Assembly (NCBI GenBank): GCA_964488595.1
Contig: CAZAWC010000001.1
Location: forward strand, 9,958 to 73,957
DNA: 64,000 nucleotides
Source of the DNA: an uncultured Staphylococcus sp.
GTDB taxonomy: Bacteria; Bacteroidota; Bacteroidia; Bacteroidales; Muribaculaceae
Direction of reading: 5' to 3'
The notes under the pieces are model-generated. The model was given only the letters and a program-made list of their open reading frames with translations, was not told where the DNA came from and made no database searches. Position 1 is the first letter of the stretch. The number at the start of each line of letters is the position of its first letter. This document shows, in pieces, positions 40,286 to 51,693 of the stretch. The position numbers were made by a program, and so were the translations under genes.

Positions 40286-41020
40286 TCAACCGAGCCCGAG
40301 GGCCTTGAGATAAGCCTCCACACCCTCGATGTCCTTGCGGTTGTCTACACTCAGGCTCTTGCAGTGGCAGTTGTAATAGTAGATGGGCTGATGGTTTTCG
40401 AGGAAGCGGAACGAGTCGTTTTCCTCGATTTTCTCGATGGGTCCGCGGGGAGTGTTGTGATAGAAGTCGAGGGCCTTGCGTGTGAACGCGCCTACACCCA
40501 CAAACTTGTGGAACACATAGTCCATCGCCCCCTTGGGATAAGGGATAGGCGAGCGCGAGATGAAGAGGCAACGGTCGTCGGCCGCAGTGACAATCTTGAG
40601 GTTGGTGGCATCGACCACCTCTACCGGGTTGGTGAAGTCGGTCATGAGATTTGACACATAGAATGACCCCGGCTCAAGACCGTCAGGGATGCACTGCACG
40701 ATGGCTTCGCGTGTGAGCAGGGGCTCGTCGCCGTTGACCATCACATAGAGGTCGGCCTCCACGCGGGTCGACACCTCGTAGAGGCGCTCGGTGGCGGTGT
40801 CATGGTCAGAGCGGGTCATCATCACGGTGGCGCCAAAACTCTCGGCGGCTGCCTTTATCTTGTCGCTGTCGGTAGCCACGATCACTTGGTCAAAGAGCTC
40901 CACTTCCTTGCAGTGCTCATACACCCATTGTATCATGGGCTTGCCGAGAATCAGAGCCAGCGGTTTCTCAAAAAACCGTGTCGACTCGGCTCTCGCGGGT
41001 ATTACGCAAATAATTTTCAT
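40286..41020 (-). CDS. kdsB: CMP-Kdo synthetase (3-deoxy-manno-octulosonate cytidylyltransferase)
   Basis: VIPARAESTRF, KPLA, VATD, NGDEP, FISRSPIP and SVD motifs. Confidence 0.88.
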   Translation of the reverse strand: MKIICVIPARAESTRFFEKPLALILGKPMIQWVYEHCKEVELFDQVIVATDSDKIKAAAESFGATVMMTRSDHDTATERLYEVSTRVEADLYVMVNGDEPLLTREAIVQCIPDGLEPGSFYVSNLMTDFTNPVEVVDATNLKIVTAADDRCLFISRSPIPYPKGAMDYVFHKFVGVGAFTRKALDFYHNTPRGPIEKIEENDSFRFLENHQPIYYYNCHCKSLSVDNRKDIEGVEAYLKALGLG

Positions 41021-41052
41021 GCGATATATTGGGATTGTTACGTTTATTCTGA

Positions 41053-41964
41053 TTACTTATTGTCGGCCGATTGGCCGGGAGTGATGTAGGGAGCGTCCCA
41101 CTTCCAGCGGCGGTGGCTCCAGAGCCACAGACCCGGACGGCGGCGGATGGTCTGCTCGAGCATGCGCAGATACTGACGTGTGTAGGGCGAATCCTCGTCG
41201 GGATTTTCGGGCACTATAGGCTTGAACGTCAGTTTATAGTGTCCACGGCGGGGCTTCTCGACGTCGAGATACAGATAGGCGGCGTTGATGCGCTTGCCTA
41301 TCTCCTCGCCTCCGGGATTGAAATGCGTGGGATGATTGAGAAACGGCATGGCATGATGGCTCTCGCGACGGTTGGAACGATGGTCGGCGATGAATCCGCA
41401 GATGAACGGCACACCGTCGCGCGCCCACCCCACAAGAGTGCGAAACACCTTGGCCTGAGGTATGGAGACAGGGTCAAAGCGCGAGCGGACCTTGAGCATA
41501 AGGCGGTCAAATGCCTTGTCGCGCAGAGGTTTGTAGACCATCGAGCAGATCTGAGGATGGGAGAAATGGCGCACTATCGCAGGCACAAACTCCCAGTTGG
41601 CATAGTGCCCCAGATAGAGCACCACGGGATGGCCCTCGTCGATGAGACGGTCGACGAGCTCGCCCCCCTCCACCTGTACACGGCGGTCCACCTCGCTGTC
41701 GGATATATGCAGCAGCTTGACAGTCTCTATGAAGTTGTCGGCGAGCTGAGAGTAGAAATCATGCTCTATCTCACGCAGCTCCCGGGCAGACTTTTCGGGA
41801 AACGCATTGCGGAGATTTTCCCTCACCACCTTGCGGCGATAGCCTATCACATGCTCGAGGATCACCCTCAGACCGCTCCCCACCACCTGAAGGACGCCGG
41901 TGGGAAGAAGGGCCAGAGCAGTAGCAACGCCGCTATAGATGGCATATTTCACTTTTTCTCGCAT
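41053..41964 (-). CDS. Lipid A late acyltransferase (LpxL/HtrB family)
   Basis: YRRKVVRENLRNAFPE, GHYANWE, FIADH and WLWSHRRWK motifs. Confidence 0.9.
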   Translation of the reverse strand: MREKVKYAIYSGVATALALLPTGVLQVVGSGLRVILEHVIGYRRKVVRENLRNAFPEKSARELREIEHDFYSQLADNFIETVKLLHISDSEVDRRVQVEGGELVDRLIDEGHPVVLYLGHYANWEFVPAIVRHFSHPQICSMVYKPLRDKAFDRLMLKVRSRFDPVSIPQAKVFRTLVGWARDGVPFICGFIADHRSNRRESHHAMPFLNHPTHFNPGGEEIGKRINAAYLYLDVEKPRRGHYKLTFKPIVPENPDEDSPYTRQYLRMLEQTIRRRPGLWLWSHRRWKWDAPYITPGQSADNK

Positions 41965-43223
41965 ATCGTTTCTATTATTGCATCGGCCACGCGGGCTGTA
42001 GCTCCGACATTCTGCCCCACATATCGGGCGGCGGTCATGGCTATCTCCCTGAGCCGGCGCGGATTGGACCTCAGTGAGTCAAACCACCGCAACATGTCGC
42101 CGGTGGAGCTGACACGTGTACCGATGCCCAGCTCGATGAGCTGAGCAGGCGTCACCTTGCGGGTATTACAGGGTCCGAACGCTACAGGGAGTCCATAGAC
42201 CACCGGCTCTATGACGCTGTGGAGCAGGCGGGTGAATCCGCCCCCGACATAGGTCCATGTGCCAAGACGGTAGAGGTAGGCGAGCGAACCGACCGAGTCA
42301 ACGACAAGGGTCTGAACGCCGTCAAACGAAGTATAGCCGTCACACTCGGACAGCCTCATCACCTTTCCCTCAAACCGCTGGTCGATGCTCCGGAGTATCT
42401 GTGAGGTTATCTCGTGGGGCACGACGATAAACGGAATATCCGGATTGGCATTTGCCAGCGCGGCAGTGAGCTCGAGGTCTTTGTCGAGATGCAGGCTGCC
42501 GGCCACAAACACCTCGCGCCCCTTGGCGAAGCGGACGAGTTCGCTCTGACTCCAAGGAGTCTCTGCCACCATCACGGCATTGTCGAAAAGCGGGTCGCCG
42601 TTGACCGTGGCACACTCCACTCCGAGGCGTCTCAGCCGCTCGACCGAAGCTGTGTCGAGACAGAAGATGCGGTCAAATTTACGGATGGAGTCCCGATAGA
42701 TCCCCCCATACCACTTGAAGAACGGGGAATCCTGACGTATGATGGCCGACACCAGAAGGGTGGGAATATGACGGGTATGGAGCAGGTCAATGTAGTTGTG
42801 CCAATAGTCTGACACCATGAAGACCGCACACGATGGAGCGATGGCATCGAGAAACGCCTCGGCACCGGCGCGGGTGTCCCACGGGAGATAGAGCACGGCA
42901 TCGGCTTCATGCTCCCTGCGCTGCAACGCCTCATAGCCTGTCGGAGAGAAGAAAGTGAGCACCACGTTACACCTCAACCGCGACTTCACCTCGCGGATCA
43001 CGGGCCGGGCTATCCCATACTCGCCAAGGGATGAACAGTGGACCCACACGGTGGGGAGGCTCCTGTCGAGCCGAGAAGCGACCTCATCCACAGCCGGGAG
43101 GGCACAACGCTGACCGCGCCCGAAGCGCACGAATTTGGACGCACTGCCGTCGGGAGCTAAGCCCACAGCTGCGAACAAAAGACCGCGAGCCATGCGCATG
43201 GATATGTCGTATGCCTTGAGCAT
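41949..43223 (-). CDS. waaA: Kdo transferase WaaA/KdtA
   Basis: WVHCSSLGE, LTFFSPTGY, YLPWDT, GDPLFD, VVPHE and YVGGGF...EP motifs. Start at MLKAYD (43223), downstream of TAATTTTG at 43248-43241. Confidence 0.88.
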   Translation of the reverse strand: MLKAYDISMRMARGLLFAAVGLAPDGSASKFVRFGRGQRCALPAVDEVASRLDRSLPTVWVHCSSLGEYGIARPVIREVKSRLRCNVVLTFFSPTGYEALQRREHEADAVLYLPWDTRAGAEAFLDAIAPSCAVFMVSDYWHNYIDLLHTRHIPTLLVSAIIRQDSPFFKWYGGIYRDSIRKFDRIFCLDTASVERLRRLGVECATVNGDPLFDNAVMVAETPWSQSELVRFAKGREVFVAGSLHLDKDLELTAALANANPDIPFIVVPHEITSQILRSIDQRFEGKVMRLSECDGYTSFDGVQTLVVDSVGSLAYLYRLGTWTYVGGGFTRLLHSVIEPVVYGLPVAFGPCNTRKVTPAQLIELGIGTRVSSTGDMLRWFDSLRSNPRRLREIAMTAARYVGQNVGATARVADAIIETICEKK

Positions 43224-43376
43224 ATTATCTTGAGCGGGCACAAAATTAACCATTTTCCACCATATTCTCCAAACAAAGACACTCCAAATGCTCAAAATCG
43301 GGCCTCGGAAGTGCCGAACGCTCCTTTTCCCGCGGTCAGGGAAGGGACATTGCACACCGGTCCGATGGCCGCCGGA

Positions 43377-45488
43377 TCACCGCCCGGAGCTGCGTGTGAT
43401 CCTGATGGCCGCGCCTCCTCCGGGCGCAAGAGGCTGGCGCAGCTTATCGCCCGGCTTTACCTTGACTGTACGTATGCGGTAGGCCTGCGGATTATCTTTC
43501 CAGTGAGCATCCGGAGCATCCTCATATACGGTGGCCTCATATCTGAAGCCGGCTGGCAGGAAACTGAGATCTATCAGAGCGGTGCGGGAATTATCGTCAG
43601 TGATGGCACCGACATACCAGTCGTCGGAATTTTTGTCGAGCCTCGCCACGGTGATATATCTGTTGGGCTCGGCCTCAAGATAGCGCGAGTCGGCCCAGTC
43701 GACAGGCACGTCTTTGATGAACTGAAAGGCGTCGGGGAAACGATCGTAATTCTCCGGCAGGTCGCAAGCCATCTGTATGGGAGACGGCATGGTGAGATAG
43801 AGAGCCAGCTGACGGGCGAGTGTAGTGCCGGCCTGCGAGTCCTTGCCCTCGCCATAATAGCTCATACGTGTCTCAAAAAGCCCCGGAGTATAGTCCATCG
43901 GGCCACCCTTGAGGCGGGTGAAAGGAAGCATGCAGGTGTGTGAGGGAGGATTGCCGCCCATTGACTCAAACTCGCCTCCCCGGGCCGACTCCTGAGCCAG
44001 CCAGTTGGGATAGGTGCGGCAGAGGCCTGTGGGGCGCGGAGCCTCGTGACTGTCCACCATGATCTGATAGTCGGCTGCGCGCTCTATGACGCGGCGCACA
44101 TGCTCGACCATCCACTGCGACGTGTGGTGCTCGGAACGAGGGATGATGGCCCCGACATAGCCTGTCTTGACAGCATCATAATCATTGTCCTTCATGAAGC
44201 GGAAGGCGCGGTCGAGCTGCAGCTCATAGTCCGCGGCATTGGCCGACGTCTCGTGGTGCATGATCAGCTTCACACCCTTCTCGCGGGCATAGTCGCGCAG
44301 AGCGGGAAGATCGAAATCGGGATAGGGCTTGTCGAAAAGGAACTGGCGGTTCTTGCGATATCCGGTCCAGTCCTCCCAACCCTCGTTCCAACCCTCTACG
44401 AGCACACCGTCTATGCCGTGACGTGCGGCAAAGTCGATGTATCGCTTCACGTTTTCGGTGTTGGCCGGATGATGTCCGTTGGGCCGGAGGGCCGAATAGT
44501 CGGTGATGCCGGGACGTGCGAGTGTGTCGTCGGAATAGGCCCAAGTCTTGACCTTGCCCGTGAACATCTCCCACCACACGCCGATAAACTTCATCGGCTT
44601 GATCCACGAAGTGTCCTCGATGGCACACGGCTCATTGAGATTGAGTATCAGCTGCGAGGCGAGGATGTCGCGGGCATCGTCGCTCACGATCAGCGTGCGC
44701 CAAGGGGTGTGGAACGGCATCTGAAGATAAGCACTCACGCCCAGACGGTCGGGCACGAGACTTGTCCTCATGGCGCGGGCTGCCGGGTCGACATCGAGCA
44801 GCATGGCCGGATAGCCGTCAAGAGCCGCCTCATGGAGGTTGACATACACCCCGTCCGTGGTCTTGATGAGCATGGGAGTCTGTATGGTCATCCCCCCGGC
44901 ACGCTGCGACTCGGAGTGACGTCCGTAGCCTGCCAAAGCCTCAGGGAGACCCGTGAAGGTGGTCTCCGACCATAGATACTCGTCCGTGTCATAATCGCCC
45001 GGTATGCAATAGAGTGTATGGTCGTCGGTAAAATTATATTCGGTCAGCTCATCCTTCAGCGTGAGATAATTGGGACCATCCTGCACAGGGAGTTCGTAGC
45101 GGAATCCGATCCCGTCGTCAAACACGCGGAATCTCAGCGTCACGTCGCGGGCAGGATCATCGGCCCTGAGTGCCACCGCAAGCTCTCTGAAATGATCGCG
45201 CACCTCAGCATACTCACCCCACACAGGCTGCCAACTACGGTCGACGGTCATGGTGTCCACCGACACGATACGAAAGCCTTCGGTGAATGCCGTCTCGTCT
45301 GCGCGGAGGCCGAGGCGACTATCTGTGACAAGGGGACGCCCCTTGTAATCGAGCGAATAGAAAGGTGTCCCGGCCGAATCGACATCGACACAAAGCCTCA
45401 GATTCCCATCAGGCGACGACATATCGACAGCCGCCATCTCCATAGCGCAGGCCAGCAAAACAGGCCCCATGACAAACAGTTTTTTCAT
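43377..45488 (-). CDS. GH97 glycoside hydrolase (SusB-like alpha-glucosidase)
   Basis: Signal peptide; SPDG, TPWR, LNLNEP, GVWWEM, LVEGWN, MHHET, ESARGGE and GPMDYTPG motifs. Confidence 0.93.
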   Translation of the reverse strand: MKKLFVMGPVLLACAMEMAAVDMSSPDGNLRLCVDVDSAGTPFYSLDYKGRPLVTDSRLGLRADETAFTEGFRIVSVDTMTVDRSWQPVWGEYAEVRDHFRELAVALRADDPARDVTLRFRVFDDGIGFRYELPVQDGPNYLTLKDELTEYNFTDDHTLYCIPGDYDTDEYLWSETTFTGLPEALAGYGRHSESQRAGGMTIQTPMLIKTTDGVYVNLHEAALDGYPAMLLDVDPAARAMRTSLVPDRLGVSAYLQMPFHTPWRTLIVSDDARDILASQLILNLNEPCAIEDTSWIKPMKFIGVWWEMFTGKVKTWAYSDDTLARPGITDYSALRPNGHHPANTENVKRYIDFAARHGIDGVLVEGWNEGWEDWTGYRKNRQFLFDKPYPDFDLPALRDYAREKGVKLIMHHETSANAADYELQLDRAFRFMKDNDYDAVKTGYVGAIIPRSEHHTSQWMVEHVRRVIERAADYQIMVDSHEAPRPTGLCRTYPNWLAQESARGGEFESMGGNPPSHTCMLPFTRLKGGPMDYTPGLFETRMSYYGEGKDSQAGTTLARQLALYLTMPSPIQMACDLPENYDRFPDAFQFIKDVPVDWADSRYLEAEPNRYITVARLDKNSDDWYVGAITDDNSRTALIDLSFLPAGFRYEATVYEDAPDAHWKDNPQAYRIRTVKVKPGDKLRQPLAPGGGAAIRITRSSGR

Positions 45489-45551
45489 TGCACGAGATTT
45501 ACATTTAGACAACGTGACCCGCGCCATCCGTATTACACCCTTCGCGCATTT

Positions 45552-46853
<1,302 letters not shown>

Positions 46854-46922
46854 TCAGTCTTAGGAGTTTTCCTTATGATCACCATGATCACCGTGGCGAC
46901 TTGTTGCAGCAGGAATGACCCG

Positions 46923-49900
46923 TTAAATGCGTATGACAATGGCACCATCTGTCACGGGGTCGGGAGGCGTGGATTTGTCCACCACAATGAAGGTCGTGGG
47001 CGCCGTCTGCCCGTACATCTCTGTTGCTCCCGTGGCGGGCAGCAGCACATTATGCACGAAATCATCAAGGCATCCTTTCAGAATGTCTTTAGCCTCGGAT
47101 GAGTCAAGGATACAGGCCACCGTGCTTTCAGGATACATCAGCGCCAACAGCAACGCGAGTTCACCTTGTCCGGCCTTGTCAATGACCGTAAAATTGTCGC
47201 AGGAGGTCCGTCCCTGTATCTGGTCACTATATCTCAAGAACGACCTCAGAGCCCCGGCGGCATGGCGCTCTACATCTGCCCCCTTATAGCGATAGCGATC
47301 ATACACGACCGGGGTAAGCTCACTGACGGTCGACACCTCCTCACGGACCTCACGCAGGTGCTCCATATACAGCGCCCGCATCTTCCTTGTCCGTACAGCG
47401 ATATCACCCATCAATGAGAGTTCTTGACGAGAAATGCGTCGCCCCACCTCGACATACATCGTGCCACCGTTCGATATGGCGGATCCCTTGGGCATGATCT
47501 CCTGCAGTCCCCAAAGATAGATCGGCACGATATCCAGCCCGAGCCTGTCGGCTAAGAAGAACGCCCCTTTGTGAAATCTTTTGATCCGCGTATCACCGCA
47601 CAAAGGTCGCTCCCCCTCGGGAAAGATCACAATGCTGAATCCCTCGGCAATCAGGGGTCTGAGCTTCCCGACAATATTCGTGCTCCCGTCCGCGACGGTG
47701 AGAAAATCGCTCCATCTGAATATTGTCCCCACTATAGGGTTCAAGCGTATGTGCTCGTTGGCCAGCAACACCAGTTTAGGCGTCAGCGCCATCATGCAGA
47801 AAGAATCAAGCATAGACTGATGGTTGCAGATGATGACGGCAGGGTTGTCAAACGTTTCATTTGTCTTATTGATATACCTGAAACGGATCCCCGGCATGTG
47901 CCTGATGTCAAAACGAAATGCCGAACAGTTATAACGATGGAATAAGGCCCGCTTGGCCGGGGTGGGCTTGGTCAGGACAAAGAGGATGAATCCCAAGACA
48001 TAAGCGCTGAGGAGCTGAACGAAAAATACCGCAGCACAAAAACCTGTGCAGAGGATCTTCTTGAGGGTAACGGGCCTGCGACGCAACCGCCCGCCGGTGC
48101 GCACCAGCCAATTGAATACTAACGGCGGGAAGAGATAGGCCATGAGGACCACAGACAGCATCCCGACGACTGTCACCTCGCCCAGCGACCGTAGCGCCGG
48201 GTGGCGAGCGAACAGCAACGTCCCGATGCCTATGAACATAATAAGGGCCGAGACTATGATGCTGTTCTTGTATGAGGCAAGCAGCTTCCTGCGATAAGCA
48301 TATTCATAAGACAATCCCTCGGTCATGAATATGGTATAATCATCCCCCTGACCGAAGATGAATGTGGCCAGTATGACATTAACTATATTGAATTTCATGC
48401 CGAGCATTCCCATGATCCCCAGTATACATATCCAGCTGAAAGCCATAGGCATGAATGAGACTATGGCGAGCTCAACGCTGCCGAGGGAGATCCAAAGAAA
48501 TATGAAGACGATAAATCCGCAGGCGATGCCGATATAGTTGAAGTCATCGGAAAGGGTATCAGCTATTGAGCCATTCATGCTCCTGACGTCGAAAAACAGT
48601 CCGCCAAACTCCTTGTTGCCTGCCAATCGGGCATTGACCTTCGGCATCGAATCCTCAGGCACGGAAAGAATCCTGACGAGTGATTTGCGGCCTGAGGCTT
48701 TGTCCACATGAATGTTTCCCACAAAGACCGACGATAGCAACGGCTCGAAGCTGTCGAAATCACGGACCTCATAATGACGGGATATAATATCTTCAAACGT
48801 GGCGAATGCCTCCTCATTGAATCCATTTCTACGGGCAGCCGACACAAGCTCCCCGGTAAGCAGGCTCCGATAGCGTGACACAAAACCGTTCCATCTGTCG
48901 ATCCGTCGGCGCTGTTCATCCTTCGATACAAGAAACGAGGCCACCTCGTTCTGTCGCTCAGCCAGCCCCGTAGCCTCGATCGAGTCAATTGTAGCGCCGA
49001 TAATATCGCTTTGCCGCAACGCTTCATCCCACGACGGGCCTGAACTCACCACATAGAGGCTCTCTGTGGCGGGAGCGGAGTGGATAAGACTTTGGAAATA
49101 TGACATATCCTCCTTCTGCTCATCCGTCATATAGTTGATATTGCGCATGTCTGAATCAAACTCGGTCTTGAGACTGAAATATCCGAATATCACAGTCATT
49201 ATCAGCACCAACCATACGAAGGTCTTGTTATTCTCAACGGTCACCCCCGCCAGCCGCGTGATAAGGACCGGCTCGGGAGCCGGTTTGTCGCCACGATGCC
49301 GGGTCCTGACGACCTGAGGCAGGAAGATCAGGACGAATAGTATGGTGCCGACGAGCAACAGCGAGCTGAAAAGTCCCAGATCGTGTAGGGCCGGCGAATT
49401 GAGAGGCACCAGACACATGAATGCACCGACAGTGGTAATATTGCCCACCACCAGCGGCGATATTATTTCTTTGAGTGCCCCCCTCGGATGGATGCTGTCC
49501 TTGAGGTGATCTATCAGATGCAGCGGATAATTCACCGCAATGCCGAGGATGATGGACGCAATGCCTATGACAATGATTGAGACAGAGTCGTAATAAAGCG
49601 CGATGGCACCCATCGCGAAAAGCCATCCCCAGCCCACCGACACAATTATCAGCAGGATGTTCCTGATGTTGCGGAACACATAGATGAGAAGCGAGAGAAT
49701 CAGGATACCGGCTATCGCGACAGCCAGAATACTGTCAGTCTTGATCTGCCGGGCATTGGCGACTGCGATGGCCGGACCGCCGATGATGTGAATGTCGAGG
49801 CCCGGCATCTCCTGCTCGGTATGCCTCTTGGCACCATCAAGCAGACCGATCAGAGCCGAGTTGTTCTCAGACTCATGCGCGCCGAACGCAGACTCGAGAA

Positions 49901-50546
49901 TCACAATAGCCTTCTTGCTGTCAGGAGTGAGAATATAGCCGTCATACGTCTCGAAGGAGATAGACATCCCGGCTTGTCTCAGACGCCCTGCGACGGGAGA
50001 AAACAGGTTGAGGGGATCTCTCGAAATATTATCGGCCATCAAATTTGAGGAGGGGAAGAGCAGCATCTGCTTGTCCTGAGCGATCTGTCGGGACACATAG
50101 TCAGGATCAGATAACAGGCTGTCGATGCGGGTGTAGTCATCATCCGTCAGGAAGTACGGGATATTGTCATATATTGCATCGGCTACGCCCATCATTTTCT
50201 CCATGTCCACCTCCTTCACAATATCCTTGATATATCGGAGAGTGTCGGCCGAACGGACATTGCTGACGAACGACTCCACACCGGCGGTCAGCTCATCGAT
50301 GTCCACATCGACTGTATCACGGGTGGCGATAATGGCATATATCCTATTGGCTCCCGAGATGTCCTGATAGACGGACAGAGCAGTCTGATTCCTCTCATCC
50401 AAGGGGAGAAAGTCGGTTATGTCTTCCTGATATGTCAGCCTTGACACAGACAATATCAACAGGATCGTCAGACCGAGAAACAGACCTAACGATAGTGATG
50501 GAAAGGACCTGAATAGATTATAAATCTTGAGAATCAGTCTGTTCAT
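46923..50546 (-). CDS. MMPL/RND exporter fused to a PlsC acyltransferase and a degenerate methyltransferase-like tail
   Basis: Two TM clusters (GIAVNY, GQGDDY), then NHQSMLD and FPEGER. Confidence 0.85.
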   Translation of the reverse strand: MNRLILKIYNLFRSFPSLSLGLFLGLTILLILSVSRLTYQEDITDFLPLDERNQTALSVYQDISGANRIYAIIATRDTVDVDIDELTAGVESFVSNVRSADTLRYIKDIVKEVDMEKMMGVADAIYDNIPYFLTDDDYTRIDSLLSDPDYVSRQIAQDKQMLLFPSSNLMADNISRDPLNLFSPVAGRLRQAGMSISFETYDGYILTPDSKKAIVILESAFGAHESENNSALIGLLDGAKRHTEQEMPGLDIHIIGGPAIAVANARQIKTDSILAVAIAGILILSLLIYVFRNIRNILLIIVSVGWGWLFAMGAIALYYDSVSIIVIGIASIILGIAVNYPLHLIDHLKDSIHPRGALKEIISPLVVGNITTVGAFMCLVPLNSPALHDLGLFSSLLLVGTILFVLIFLPQVVRTRHRGDKPAPEPVLITRLAGVTVENNKTFVWLVLIMTVIFGYFSLKTEFDSDMRNINYMTDEQKEDMSYFQSLIHSAPATESLYVVSSGPSWDEALRQSDIIGATIDSIEATGLAERQNEVASFLVSKDEQRRRIDRWNGFVSRYRSLLTGELVSAARRNGFNEEAFATFEDIISRHYEVRDFDSFEPLLSSVFVGNIHVDKASGRKSLVRILSVPEDSMPKVNARLAGNKEFGGLFFDVRSMNGSIADTLSDDFNYIGIACGFIVFIFLWISLGSVELAIVSFMPMAFSWICILGIMGMLGMKFNIVNVILATFIFGQGDDYTIFMTEGLSYEYAYRRKLLASYKNSIIVSALIMFIGIGTLLFARHPALRSLGEVTVVGMLSVVLMAYLFPPLVFNWLVRTGGRLRRRPVTLKKILCTGFCAAVFFVQLLSAYVLGFILFVLTKPTPAKRALFHRYNCSAFRFDIRHMPGIRFRYINKTNETFDNPAVIICNHQSMLDSFCMMALTPKLVLLANEHIRLNPIVGTIFRWSDFLTVADGSTNIVGKLRPLIAEGFSIVIFPEGERPLCGDTRIKRFHKGAFFLADRLGLDIVPIYLWGLQEIMPKGSAISNGGTMYVEVGRRISRQELSLMGDIAVRTRKMRALYMEHLREVREEVSTVSELTPVVYDRYRYKGADVERHAAGALRSFLRYSDQIQGRTSCDNFTVIDKAGQGELALLLALMYPESTVACILDSSEAKDILKGCLDDFVHNVLLPATGATEMYGQTAPTTFIVVDKSTPPDPVTDGAIVIRI

Positions 50547-50559
50547 CCGTGGTTAAGAT

Positions 50560-51693
50560 TCACTTGTGATAGATGATTGGATTGGCATAGATGCCCAGAA
50601 AAATGTCTGTCAGCACGTCGGGATCACTCCCCTCATATCCGCCCAGCTCCCTGAGTCGGCTTTCGAACGCTTGCTTTTCGGCAGAGGTGTATCTGTCGCT
50701 GTATCTGGACGTACCGTATCTGATGTCGAAGGCAATATAGTTGTTGGGGTGAAGGTAGAACGAAGAATTGATCCGGCTGTCGATCAGCGCTGCCACAGCC
50801 TTGACATACTCCTGCTTGGTGAGGCTCTCGAACTGCCTGAGTTCGCTGAGCCCGACAGGCTCGCATATCTCGATATGGACATGGCCTTTGTCAGCGATGA
50901 TGCCCGTGATAATGCTGTTCAGATCCTCGCCCGGCTTCTTGACATATTTTGTAAAACGCGATTCGTAAAGCTCGAGGGATTTCAGGATGTCACACGTCTC
51001 CCATTCATAGGAAATTGATACAGGGACGATATTTAGCTCTGCAAGCGCCTTGAGCTTGTCGCCTGGGAGGCTGCTCACGAACATCCTTATCAGTCCGGGC
51101 TCGGTGTGGTCAATTCCATCCTTGGTGCGTCCGTTGCGCTGGGCGATCCATACAGACTGATTCTTGCGGGTGATAGTGTGACGGATATACTCCGAGTTGA
51201 GCAACGAATATTGATAGAAGTCTTTCATATTGCCCCCTCTCTCCACCCTGAACATCTTGTTGGCCTTCCCGATATCTATCACCAATGGATGACACATGAG
51301 ATTGGCTCCGAAGGTGATCTCCGAGGTCTGGTGTCCGTTGATGTGGAGGATGTACTGGAGCAGACTGGAATCGAGCATGATGTCTCTGTGATTGGACACG
51401 AACAGATAGCGTGCACACGGGTCAAGACGCTCTATGCCGCTGTATGTGAACTGCGTCATGCTCCTCTTGATAACCTGCTCATTGACAGCAGACATTATCT
51501 CATGTTGGAACTGACCGATCGTAGCGGTGTGCCTGATCTGTTCCCTCACGTCCTCTATGTTCCTGTCCGGGAACACATAGGATGCTATCAACGGGAACAG
51601 ATCACTGTCGGCAATACGTCCCATTGCTGCAGGGATCTCCTCGTCATAGTATGGCCGTATTTTTTCAAATCTGGATAGGTCCATATCACTCAC
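50560..51693 (-). CDS. Glycerolipid acyltransferase (PlsB/PlsC family)
   Basis: SNHRDIMLD (HX4D), WIAQRNGRTKDG and IVPVSISYE motifs. Confidence 0.85.
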   Translation of the reverse strand: MSDMDLSRFEKIRPYYDEEIPAAMGRIADSDLFPLIASYVFPDRNIEDVREQIRHTATIGQFQHEIMSAVNEQVIKRSMTQFTYSGIERLDPCARYLFVSNHRDIMLDSSLLQYILHINGHQTSEITFGANLMCHPLVIDIGKANKMFRVERGGNMKDFYQYSLLNSEYIRHTITRKNQSVWIAQRNGRTKDGIDHTEPGLIRMFVSSLPGDKLKALAELNIVPVSISYEWETCDILKSLELYESRFTKYVKKPGEDLNSIITGIIADKGHVHIEICEPVGLSELRQFESLTKQEYVKAVAALIDSRINSSFYLHPNNYIAFDIRYGTSRYSDRYTSAEKQAFESRLRELGGYEGSDPDVLTDIFLGIYANPIIYHK

